A stretch of 34,790 nucleotides of DNA, taken from NCBI GenBank assembly GCA_031410115.1, contig JANNYO010000605.1:1-34790 (forward strand), read 5' to 3'. The DNA is from Rhodanobacteraceae bacterium. GTDB taxonomy: Bacteria > Pseudomonadota > Gammaproteobacteria > Xanthomonadales > SZUA-5. The notes under the pieces are model-generated. The model did no database searches and was not told the DNA's origin. It saw nothing but the letters and a program-made list of their open reading frames with translations. Position numbers and translations under genes: made by a program. Positions 7,720-15,705 of this stretch are shown one piece after another. How positions within the stretch are numbered: position 1 is the stretch's first letter; every line of letters begins with the position of its first letter.

Positions 7720-10098
7720 CTTTGCTGGCGTGCGAAAGTTACTTGCCCGCGCGGGTGCTTTTTTGCGAATGCCGCACAGGCCGGCCTTTAAATCCGCTTG
7801 ATAGGCTGCGAGTGATTCTGGGTTCATTCCCTCGGTTTTGGGTAGCCGGGCAGCGAGGTCTTGATAGGCGAGGGTGGCCGCTTCATAGCGCGCGAGTCGA
7901 ACCAGGGTTTCCGCTGCGCTCAAATGATAGTTCAGGGCGTAGCGCGAGTTTGGACTGACGCCCTCGCTAATGGCGGCGGCCTGCTGATAGTCCGCGAGTG
8001 CAGCCAAATCATTGTGGGTCACTTGATACATATCACCGCGATTGGTCAGCGCAAACGCCACCGCGATGTGATCTGCCCCTAACACCCGCGTTAACTCCGC
8101 CAACGCTGAATTGATTTTGGCGAACCCGGCGGTGGTTTGCTCAAGCGGGCAGGCACTGCGATCACACACTTTCAAAATCTGCATCTGTCCCAATTCAATC
8201 TGTGCCGACAGCACGCCGGGGGCATTGGCGCCGTCGGTTGCGCTTAAAAAACGGATGCCAGACTGCATCAGTGCAATCGCCGGATCTAATTGTCCATCCT
8301 CGTCCAGAATGCGCCCTAGCGCCAGTTGTGCGCGCGCCCAAGTGGGTTTCAGCGCGGCCTCGGTCGGTGTCGCTTGGCTGAGCAGCGCCTGCAAAAGTTC
8401 ACGCGCCGCGGGTCGGCGGCTGCTCAAACGCAGGGCGCGTGCCGTCAACACACTGGACTCCATGCGTTCCCGCGCCAGCCCGGCGTCGCCTGCAAACTGC
8501 GCCAAGTTTTGCCCTAGCAGGGCGATTGCATCATCCATCTGGCTTTTTTGAATCGCGCAATCGGCTTGCGTCAGGCGCGCCTGGGCAAGCAATAATTTAG
8601 CTTCCTCAGGCGGCGATTGATCGATGCTGAGTGCACCTGTCACCAGCGCATTGGCGCGTTTAGCAAGTAAAACGCAATCGTCAATTTGCGACTGTCCGCG
8701 ATAAGATTTTGCCATCACCAAATTCAGTTCGGCATTGAGCAAGGGCTGATCGGCGAATTCGTTTTTGTCGATGCGCGTGCGGGCCTGATCCAGTAAATCA
8801 ACTGCGCTCGGCACCTTGCCGCGATTGCGCGTGGGGTCGCTCTCGCTCAGCATAGTGGTTAGAAAGCTACTGATTTTGCGCGCATTGCTGGCTGCCAGCA
8901 CAGCACGCGCGGCGGCCTGCTTTGCCCGCGTGGCTTGATATCCCGTGCTGGCGAATCCTGCGGCCAGCGCGAGAAAAATAGCGCCAACGGCAATCGCCAC
9001 TTTAGGCTCGCGCTGCGCCCAACGCCAAAGTCGCGCGATCGGGTTTAGTTTGTAGACGCTGACTTCGCGTCGCGCCAGCAGCCGCTGCAAATCTGCCGCC
9101 AGACTGCGCGCGTCTGGGTAGCGATCAAGCGGTGATTTTTGCAAACACTTGGCGCAAATTGCTGCCATATCGTGGGTGATTTTCGGGTTCAGCGCACGCA
9201 CGCTACGCGGCGGCTGATGCAACACCTGCTCTTTTAGTGCGGGCACAGTGTCTGCGATAAACGCGGGGGTGCCGGTCAACATTTGATACAGCACGCCACC
9301 TAAGCCATAGATGTCGGTGTGCACACTCAACGGTGCCAGCGCTGGATCAAACTGCTCGGGGGCCATAAAATTTGGCGTGCCAGAGATTTCTTGTGCATCG
9401 GGAAGTGCTGCGTCCAGCCGGCGCGATAGGCCAAAATCTGCAATCTGCGGTTGGCCGGCTTGGTCCAGCAGAATATTCGCCGGCTTTAAATCCAAGTGCA
9501 GCACATTGAAGCGATGTGCGTAGGCGATGGCCTCGGCAATGGTGTGCATCAGCTCGGCGGCATCGCGTTCGGAAAACGTGCCGCGCGTCTTGATCGCATC
9601 ACGCAGCGTTTCACCGTCGATCAGCGCCATGGTAAAAAACACCAGATCGTCGACCTGATTGATCTCAAAAATCGGCACGATATTGGGGTGATGCAAGCGC
9701 GCGGCAAGCTGCGCTTCGGCGCGAAAGCGGGCGACGAACTCAGGGCTTGCCCAGCTGCCCGCCGCCATCAGTTTCAATGCGACATCGCGATCTAAGTTTG
9801 GCTCGCGCGCACGAAACACCACACCCATGCCGCCTTGCCCAAGTTTAGCGATTAGCTGATAGTTTCCTAACGTACGCTGCGCTGGGTCAGACAAATCTAG
9901 TGCGCGGTTTTTTGCGTTGACTGCAGCTGCCAATGCGGATAACCGTGTGCCGGAAAAGTCGGCATCGTCTGGCAGGGCAGTTTGGCTGGCGAAAGCGAAA
10001 TCGGCTAAGCCCGCTAAGCCCGCTAAGCCCGCGCCACGGGCAAATTGCGATTCAGGACCACCGTTAGGTGCCGTCGGAACAATCGGTTTTGCCGTCAT
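7705..10098 (-). CDS. Ser/Thr protein kinase with one TM segment and a C-terminal TPR-repeat sensor region
   Basis: Hanks motifs are present: GQGGMGVVFRA, VALK, HLDLKPANILL, DFG, APE. A TM segment (VAIAVGAIFLALAAGFA) is followed by a long TPR-like helical region. The start overlaps the sigma gene stop (ATGA). Confidence 0.9.
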   Translation of the reverse strand: MTAKPIVPTAPNGGPESQFARGAGLAGLAGLADFAFASQTALPDDADFSGTRLSALAAAVNAKNRALDLSDPAQRTLGNYQLIAKLGQGGMGVVFRAREPNLDRDVALKLMAAGSWASPEFVARFRAEAQLAARLHHPNIVPIFEINQVDDLVFFTMALIDGETLRDAIKTRGTFSERDAAELMHTIAEAIAYAHRFNVLHLDLKPANILLDQAGQPQIADFGLSRRLDAALPDAQEISGTPNFMAPEQFDPALAPLSVHTDIYGLGGVLYQMLTGTPAFIADTVPALKEQVLHQPPRSVRALNPKITHDMAAICAKCLQKSPLDRYPDARSLAADLQRLLARREVSVYKLNPIARLWRWAQREPKVAIAVGAIFLALAAGFASTGYQATRAKQAAARAVLAASNARKISSFLTTMLSESDPTRNRGKVPSAVDLLDQARTRIDKNEFADQPLLNAELNLVMAKSYRGQSQIDDCVLLAKRANALVTGALSIDQSPPEEAKLLLAQARLTQADCAIQKSQMDDAIALLGQNLAQFAGDAGLARERMESSVLTARALRLSSRRPAARELLQALLSQATPTEAALKPTWARAQLALGRILDEDGQLDPAIALMQSGIRFLSATDGANAPGVLSAQIELGQMQILKVCDRSACPLEQTTAGFAKINSALAELTRVLGADHIAVAFALTNRGDMYQVTHNDLAALADYQQAAAISEGVSPNSRYALNYHLSAAETLVRLARYEAATLAYQDLAARLPKTEGMNPESLAAYQADLKAGLCGIRKKAPARASNFRTPAKLDGC

Positions 10099-10772
10099 CT
10101 GTTTGCCTTTACGCGGCGCAATTCCCGTAGCTCACTGGGCAGCTCGTTTGGGTCACTTAGGGTATCTGCCACGGCCGCGCGCACCAATTCGCGCATCCGC
10201 GCTTTTAAGCGGTGCACGTTGACGGCGACGGTATTTGGGCGCAATTGTAAGCGCGCACCGAGCGCGACAAAATCTAGGTGTGCGGCCGGGTCTAGCAAAA
10301 ACTCACGGACTTCGGCAAACAGGCCACTTTTGCCGGCCATGGACGCCTCTTGCGCAAGCATTGCTAGTGCCCGCTCAAGCACGGTTAGCGCCCAGGCCAA
10401 CTCAAATGCGGCTTCTGGCGACTCGCTGCTGGCTTGGGCATCTAACGCATCGCTATTTTCCCAATGGCGCTGTGCACTCACGCTGTCAAAATGGTTGCGG
10501 ACAAAATTGCCAATTGCGGCGCGTAAAAACTGCCGGAAGCGCCCGCGATTTGGGTCTGCGACAAGATCAATGCGCTTTGCCAATAGCCGCTCAAAAAAAC
10601 TTTGGGTTAAATCTTCCGCGTCACTCAAATTGCCGCAATAGCGCCGTACATAAGCCATCACTGCCGGCCGATAGATGCCGCAAAGGCCGGCTAAGGCATC
10701 GGCTGCTGCCGCTGGATCATCCGAGCGCGCGGCGTAAACTAGGCTCCAGCGGGTGGTTTCGAATTGGCTCAA
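10095..10772 (-). CDS. ECF-type sigma-70 family factor, of the kinase-associated (ECF43-like) kind
   Basis: TTRWSLV N-terminus, region 2 motif LSDAEDLTQSFFERLL, and region 4 near the C-terminus. Coupled to the kinase. The start is uncertain. I favour TTG at 10772, just after the upstream gene's stop. The longest ORF starts at TTG 10871 and would overlap that gene by about 90 nt. Confidence 0.75.
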   Translation of the reverse strand: MSQFETTRWSLVYAARSDDPAAAADALAGLCGIYRPAVMAYVRRYCGNLSDAEDLTQSFFERLLAKRIDLVADPNRGRFRQFLRAAIGNFVRNHFDSVSAQRHWENSDALDAQASSESPEAAFELAWALTVLERALAMLAQEASMAGKSGLFAEVREFLLDPAAHLDFVALGARLQLRPNTVAVNVHRLKARMRELVRAAVADTLSDPNELPSELRELRRVKANR

Positions 10773-10779
10773 GGTGTAA

Positions 10780-11025
10780 TCAACACCACGGTCGGAAAGT
10801 AGTGGGCATAGCGCTTGACGTCCGCTGCCAGGCCACCTGAGCGATACCGCGTGCTGCTTTGAACCGATCAAATTGAACCGTTTCAGCGCCTGCGGCTTTA
10901 CGGATCACGACCTCGCCAGCAGCGTTTGCGCAAAATTCGAGCCTGTCTCCAGTTTGCATGTTAAGCGCAGTTCGAACGCGCTTGGGTATGGTTACTTGAC
11001 CTTTGGTCGTTAAAGCGAACGACAT
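10780..11025 (-). CDS. AbrB/MazE/SpoVT-fold DNA-binding protein (antitoxin-like), with no cognate toxin gene
   Basis: MSFALTTKGQVTIPKRVRTALNMQTGDRLEFCANAAGEVVIRKA is a typical swapped-hairpin AbrB domain. I place the start at ATG 11025 rather than at TTG 11058, the ORF-track start. Confidence 0.7.
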   Translation of the reverse strand: MSFALTTKGQVTIPKRVRTALNMQTGDRLEFCANAAGEVVIRKAAGAETVQFDRFKAARGIAQVAWQRTSSAMPTTFRPWC

Positions 11026-11194
11026 GAGCTCATCCAACAAAGTAAAACGGACAGCCAAAGCGTATTACTTATAGTTGTTAAGGTTCAAGCACCGTCACCT
11101 TCACCTGAGATTCTGGGTTGCCAATTATTTTGTTGCGGCTGAGTTTTCCCGCCACTTGGTGAAAAACCCAAAATTTTAGATTTAATGCGCTTTT

Positions 11195-11223
11195 TTGCAA
11201 CATTTTGCTTATTCCACTGTAAT
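11195..11223 (+). promoter_or_regulatory. Candidate sigma70 promoter for the secreted-protein pair
   Basis: TTGCAA (11195-11200), 17-nt spacer, TGTAAT (11218-11223), about 70 nt upstream of the ATG at 11293. Lies in an AT-rich divergent intergenic region. Confidence 0.3.
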
Positions 11224-11292
11224 CGCCGACCAGAAATTCTGTAATGACCTGTGAGAGCACCCGCTTTCCCATGTTTATGACGGAGTATTTCT

Positions 11293-11628
11293 ATGCGACG
11301 ACTGTTGTTTTTTACCGCCTGCCTTGCCGCAGGCGCGCTTCACGCGCAAACGCCTAACCGCTTCAGCGGCGGCGCAACGCTTGCCGGCCCCGCTGGCGTT
11401 AGCGCCGATTCCCGCTTTGCGCTCGACGCAGCGGCCTTCCCGACCGGTACGGATTTTTCCGAGCCAAAAAAATCACCATCCAACGCGCCAACGCCTCCCA
11501 CAGCCCCCAAAGCTCTCGAACAGCTCGGCGGCCGCTTTGGCCTGACGGCGGCACTGAACAACCCCAGTGCACCGACCGTGGCCTGCACCACCGGCGCCGA
11601 TCCCATCTTCCAAAACGGCTTCGAATAA
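11293..11628 (+). CDS. Small secreted protein of unknown function
   Basis: Sec signal peptide (MRRLLFFTACLAAGALHAQ). Pro/Ala-rich with an internal (S/G)RF(A/G)L..AA repeat. The C-terminus is ...DPIFQNGFE. ACGGAG lies 7 nt before the ATG. Confidence 0.65.
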   Translation: MRRLLFFTACLAAGALHAQTPNRFSGGATLAGPAGVSADSRFALDAAAFPTGTDFSEPKKSPSNAPTPPTAPKALEQLGGRFGLTAALNNPSAPTVACTTGADPIFQNGFE

Positions 11629-11656
11629 CTCGATCAACTCACAAGGATAAAAAATC

Positions 11657-13147
11657 ATGAAAACAATCAATACAGTTTTATTCGCTGCCATTTTGGCGGG
11701 ACTATTTCAAAGCGCATCCGCAGCACCTTGGATCTATCGCGGGTCGTTAAGCGATGGTGGTGAGGAAGCAAACGGTGCGTACGATTTACGCGTCACGCTG
11801 ATCGGCGCAAACGGCGCGGTATTGGCGCAACCCGTCACGCTCAACAGCGTGCAGGTGCAAAAAGGTAGCTTCCAAACCAATGTGGATTTTGGTGTCGACG
11901 TCGCCCGCTTTCCGGGCGCCAAAATCAAAACTGAAGTGCAGCAGGGTGGCAGTGGCTTTGTGCAGTTGGGCGAACCAAAAGCCGTCAATGCGCCAGACGG
12001 TGGGCCGGGGCACTGTTGGGAGGTTGGTGGGAATACTACGGTTGGAACTGCGGTATTCGGTACGAACGATTCAGCAAGTGATGATCTTATGAGACTTACT
12101 GTTCGGGGTGAGAGAAAACTCTATTTGCGCGCTGGTGGCGGAGTAGAGACGATTAACTCCCTCGCGACTGGCTTGAATTCAATGGCCTTAGGTAGCGCAA
12201 CGACTGAAGCGGCGGGAAGCTTCGCCGCCGGTGGCGGAAGAACCAGCGCCGCAGCAACGAGTTCCTTTGTCTTCTCTGATAGCTTGGTTCCCAACACACC
12301 CGGCGCGCTTGGTTTTGCAGAGAGTCCTGGGCAATTTCTCGTGAAAGCCGGCGGCGGCATCGGTTTTAACACCCCAGCAGGTGTTTTTGATTTGGCGATT
12401 GGGCCGCGCCCAGGGGGGGATCAAGACGCGTCGATCGCATTGAATGACGGCAACGGATTTGGAACATTGATTACCACTGACAGTGCCGCAAGCAACATGA
12501 CTCTCAAGGCATTTCGAGAAGGCAGCAAAATCGTTACCGATGCGCCCCTAGGTTTGAACGTTTTGAACGGAATAACGTTGGGCTCAGCGTTAAATCTGGG
12601 CGGTACGGTCTTCGTAACCATTAGGGAGTCCAACAATAATTTAATCCTAAATGCGCCGCCGCTTGGGGTTGGTCCGCCGGGAAAAATCGGCCTCAACCGT
12701 GCACCTACAGCGAACAGCGTCGAAGTCGGCGGAAATGCCTCAAAAGACACCGCAGGGTCATGGCTTGCGAATTCCGATGCGCGCATCAAAACCGAAATCC
12801 AAAGCATTCCAAACGCCTTGGATCGTTTGAGCGCGCTGCGCCCTGTGACGTTTAAGTACAACGCCGAATATTTGGCTGCACACCCCAGCATTAAAGACGT
12901 CACTTACTACAATGTGATCGCCCAGGAATTCCAAAAAGTGTTCCCAGATGCGGTGCAGGGTTCTGGCGAATACTTGGCCGGGAAAGCGAACTCGAAGGCC
13001 AATGAAATCCTACAGGTTGACACCTACCCGGCGCAAATTGTAGCGATCGCTGCGATTCAAGAGTTGAACGTGAAATTGGAAATTGAGCGTAAAGAAAACG
13101 ACGCCCTAAAAGCCCGTCTCGATGCGCTCGAAGCGCGCTTGAAGTAA
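11657..13147 (+). CDS. Secreted tail-fibre-domain protein with a C-terminal intramolecular chaperone (Peptidase_S74-like) domain
   Basis: Signal peptide ending ...SASA, then a Gly-rich beta-helix-like centre. The C-terminus NSDARIKTEIQSIPNALDRLSALRPVTFKYN...YNVIAQEFQKVFPDAV plus a terminal coiled coil matches the endosialidase/tail-fibre chaperone signature. Confidence 0.85.
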   Translation: MKTINTVLFAAILAGLFQSASAAPWIYRGSLSDGGEEANGAYDLRVTLIGANGAVLAQPVTLNSVQVQKGSFQTNVDFGVDVARFPGAKIKTEVQQGGSGFVQLGEPKAVNAPDGGPGHCWEVGGNTTVGTAVFGTNDSASDDLMRLTVRGERKLYLRAGGGVETINSLATGLNSMALGSATTEAAGSFAAGGGRTSAAATSSFVFSDSLVPNTPGALGFAESPGQFLVKAGGGIGFNTPAGVFDLAIGPRPGGDQDASIALNDGNGFGTLITTDSAASNMTLKAFREGSKIVTDAPLGLNVLNGITLGSALNLGGTVFVTIRESNNNLILNAPPLGVGPPGKIGLNRAPTANSVEVGGNASKDTAGSWLANSDARIKTEIQSIPNALDRLSALRPVTFKYNAEYLAAHPSIKDVTYYNVIAQEFQKVFPDAVQGSGEYLAGKANSKANEILQVDTYPAQIVAIAAIQELNVKLEIERKENDALKARLDALEARLK

Positions 13148-13156
13148 TTCACTGGC

Positions 13157-13190
13157 ATGCGTTTCCCCGCTGCGAGGAAACGCATTTTTT
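13157..13190 (+). terminator. Rho-independent terminator after the tail-fibre-domain gene
   Basis: 10-bp stem ATGCGTTTCC/GGAAACGCAT, 9-nt loop, followed by a T run reaching 13190. Confidence 0.8.
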
Positions 13191-13217
13191 AACTGAGCTG
13201 ATGGCGGTTTTTTCGTG

Positions 13218-13757
13218 CTAGCCCGCCGTTCGCAATGCCAGCCGTTTGGCCTCAATTTTCGCCGCATGTATTCGCGCGCGATCCAACAATCGCTGGTTGC
13301 GTGCGTCAAAGCGTTGGCGTGCCAGATCTGAATCGACGGTTGACAAACGTGCCCGACCATCAGCAACAAGTTCGATGCAATCAACCGGGCAAGCGGGGAT
13401 GCACAGCTCGCAGCCGGTGCACTCGGCGGCAATGACGGTATGCATGCGTTTTGCCGCGCCAACAATAGCGTCCACCGGGCAAACGAGTATGCATTTGGTG
13501 CAACCGATACACAGATCTTCAATGACAAACGCCACCCGCACCGGCACCTCGACGCCATTTTCAGGATTTAGCGGCAGCGTTGGGACTTGCAACAGTGCGG
13601 CGAGTGCCGCGATAACGGGTGCGCCGCCGGGTGGACATTGATTGATCGGTGCACAGCCGCTTGCAATGGCCTCGGCATAGGGCGCGCAGCCCTGATAGCC
13701 ACAGCGTGTGCACTGCGTTTGCGGCAGTAGTGCGTTGATTGCAGTCGCGTTGATCAC
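13218..13757 (-). CDS. RnfB/RsxB-like ferredoxin (N-terminal Fe-S domain plus 2x[4Fe-4S] dicluster)
   Basis: [16 protein letters not shown]...NQCPPGG N-terminal domain. Two CxxCxxCxxxCP motifs ([24 protein letters not shown]). GTG start. Confidence 0.85.
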   Translation of the reverse strand: MINATAINALLPQTQCTRCGYQGCAPYAEAIASGCAPINQCPPGGAPVIAALAALLQVPTLPLNPENGVEVPVRVAFVIEDLCIGCTKCILVCPVDAIVGAAKRMHTVIAAECTGCELCIPACPVDCIELVADGRARLSTVDSDLARQRFDARNQRLLDRARIHAAKIEAKRLALRTAG

Positions 13758-13802
13758 AGTCGATATTTGCCGTGTCGCCTTCGGGCGTGCGCTTGCAAAA
13801 AG

Positions 13803-14813
13803 CTACAGCCGCACCACCGTGCGGCCGACGGAGCCACCCGCCAACATCGTGGCAAAAGTAGCGTCTAGTTGACTCAACGTGACTTCCTTCGCGGCAATTT
13901 CGCTTAAGTGCTTGGGTTTCCAATCGCTGGCTAAACGCTGCCAAATTTGCGCGCGCAGCGGGTATGGGGTGTTGGCGGAATTGATCCCCAGCAGGGCGAT
14001 GCCACGAATAATAAAGGGCATGACGGTGGTGTGCAGCTCGTGCCCGCCGGCCATGCCGCAGCTGGCGATGGCGCCCCAGGGCTGGATCACGCGCGTCAGC
14101 ATATCCAGCATTTCGCCGCCCACATTGTCCACTGCACCGGCCCAGGAGGCCGCTTCCAGCGGACGTCCGCCAAAAGTTAAACCCTCACGTGCGACGCACT
14201 GGCGCGCGCCGATGCGCTTCAAAAAATCAAATTGCGCGATCTTGTTGGTGATCGCGTGCATCTCAAAGCCGGCAACGGTAAATAGATCCAGCGCCAAACT
14301 GCCGACGCCTCCGGTGGCACCGGTGACCACGATCGGCCCCATGTCCGGCAGCTGGCCGTTGGCCATCATGCGCCACAGGCTTAACGCCGCAGTGAAGCCT
14401 GCGGTGCCCAGCGCCATCGATTCGCGCAGCGTTAAACCCGTCGGCAGCGGCACTACCCATTTGGCTTCCAGGCGTTGATATTCGCTGTAGCCACCATCGC
14501 GCGTTTCCGACAGGCCGCAGCCGGTGACCAAAACTTCATCGCCCTCACGAAAGCGCGCATCGCGGCTTTCCACCACGTGGCCTGCGATATCAATGCCGCC
14601 AATCAGCGGGAATTGCCGCAGTATTTTGCCGTTGCCGCTGCCGGCGAGCGCGTCTTTAAAATTGACCGAGGAAAACGCCGTTTTAACCGTCACTTCGCCA
14701 GCATTTAAACTGTCAACGCCGATGCTTTCAATGCCGGCGCGATAGCCCTGCGCATCGCTATGAATACGATAGGCGTTGAAGTTTTCCGGCAACGGCTGGG
14801 CTACTTCGCTCAT
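13803..14813 (-). CDS. acuI: YhdH/AcuI-family NADPH-dependent acrylyl-CoA reductase (MDR superfamily)
   Basis: Collinear with my recollection of E. coli YhdH: SSVNFKDALA, GIDIAGHV, VTGATGGVGS, TTVMPFIIRG. I place the start at ATG 14813 (MSEVAQ), sharing TAATG with the upstream stop. The longer ORF-track start would overlap the FHA gene. Confidence 0.85.
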   Translation of the reverse strand: MSEVAQPLPENFNAYRIHSDAQGYRAGIESIGVDSLNAGEVTVKTAFSSVNFKDALAGSGNGKILRQFPLIGGIDIAGHVVESRDARFREGDEVLVTGCGLSETRDGGYSEYQRLEAKWVVPLPTGLTLRESMALGTAGFTAALSLWRMMANGQLPDMGPIVVTGATGGVGSLALDLFTVAGFEMHAITNKIAQFDFLKRIGARQCVAREGLTFGGRPLEAASWAGAVDNVGGEMLDMLTRVIQPWGAIASCGMAGGHELHTTVMPFIIRGIALLGINSANTPYPLRAQIWQRLASDWKPKHLSEIAAKEVTLSQLDATFATMLAGGSVGRTVVRL

Positions 14814-15649
14814 TAAAATACGCCAGCAAATTTCATCGCACCGACCAGCACCGCAATCGCAAGCACCAGCATAATGCCCCACACCGCGCCGGAAATGCCG
14901 CCGCTTGGCTGTGCTGCTGGGCTTGCAGCGGACGCCGCTGTGCTCGCCGTCGCCGGGCCGCCTGGGGCGCCGCTTTGCCCCATCATTTCCCGCCCGGGTG
15001 ACACCAGCTGAAAGCGCAGCTGATCAAAACGCAGTTCGTCGCCGTGCTTGAGTAGCTCACGCGTTACGCGTCGATCGTTCACGAACGTGCCGTTGGCGGA
15101 ACCTAAATCTTCCACCATCACGCCATCTTGGCTTGGGCGTAGTTCGGCGTGGCGGCGTGACACTTCATCGGTCGGGATCGAAATATCGCACTCTGGATTG
15201 CGCCCGATCACGGTAACCCCGGTCAATGGAAAGACTTTACCGAAGGTCGCGCCAGAAACGCCGCGCAACATAAATTTTGGCAGCGCCGAGCGCACCCGCG
15301 TGCGGCCATCGTCTGCTTCTTCATGGCGTTTTTGCACCATCGGCACGGCGCCCGCACCGGGTGCAGCTTTATCGACGGCGACAATGCGCACCCGCACATC
15401 AGCGACTTGAATCACATCCCCCGCACGCACTTCGGTGCTGCGCGTAATCGGCGCGCCGTTTAGTGTCAGCGGCGCGCCAGGCATGGGTGACAGCATCGCG
15501 GTTTCACCGTTGACTTGCAGCTCGCAATGGTTCGCAAGTACCCCGGGTGCGAACAGTTTTACCTTGGCGCCGGCGGCGCTGCCAATCGTGTGCAGGCCGT
15601 TGCTCAGTTCAATTTGTGCGTGTTCGGCGTTGGGGAAAAGTAGTCTCAT
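14813..15649 (-). CDS. Double-FHA-domain protein with a C-terminal transmembrane anchor
   Basis: The second FHA domain is canonical (VIGRNPECDISI...VSRRHAEL...GSANGTFVN). The first is degenerate. An Ala/Pro/Ser-rich linker is followed by a terminal TM segment (VWGIMLVLAIAVLVGAM). Confidence 0.85.
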   Translation of the reverse strand: MRLLFPNAEHAQIELSNGLHTIGSAAGAKVKLFAPGVLANHCELQVNGETAMLSPMPGAPLTLNGAPITRSTEVRAGDVIQVADVRVRIVAVDKAAPGAGAVPMVQKRHEEADDGRTRVRSALPKFMLRGVSGATFGKVFPLTGVTVIGRNPECDISIPTDEVSRRHAELRPSQDGVMVEDLGSANGTFVNDRRVTRELLKHGDELRFDQLRFQLVSPGREMMGQSGAPGGPATASTAASAASPAAQPSGGISGAVWGIMLVLAIAVLVGAMKFAGVF

Positions 15650-15705
15650 GGCGTCTCAATGGGTAATCAATACAATTTAATACTCGCTGTGCGCATTGTG
15701 GCGGT

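Noticed and set aside
11078-11100. GGTTCAAGC resembling a tRNA T-loop, considered as a possible tRNA fragment or att site at the islet border
   Set aside because: No complementary T-stem, acceptor stem or CCA context could be drawn, and no matching direct repeat is found at the other islet border.
11078-11272. 64-aa minus-strand ORF upstream of the AbrB-like gene, considered as a possible toxin partner
   Set aside because: It lies in the most AT-rich stretch of a divergent promoter region and overlaps a plausible plus-strand -35/-10 pair. I could recognise no RelE, HicA or MazF motif. An isolated VGDY tetrapeptide is not enough.
11657-13147. Prophage or tailocin, suggested by the tail-fibre chaperone domain
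   Set aside because: There are no integrase, terminase, capsid, sheath, tube or baseplate genes in the flanking 10 kb. The protein carries a Sec signal peptide, which phage fibres do not need. It is treated as a stand-alone bacterial gene, although the region outside the window cannot be inspected.
13768-13780. 13-mer TGCCGTGTCGCCT shared with the REP-like element at 27362-27374, considered as a possible fifth copy
   Set aside because: Dozens of 13-mer matches are expected by chance in a window of this size. The flanking sequence forms only a 4-bp stem and lacks the GGCAGATGAG arm.
14814-14882. Longer N-terminus for acuI (ORF-track start at 14882)
   Set aside because: It would overlap the 3' end of the FHA gene by 70 nt with a Cys/Gly-rich non-homologous peptide. 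The YhdH-like sequence starts at MSEVAQ (ATG 14813), which has a TAATG coupling junction.
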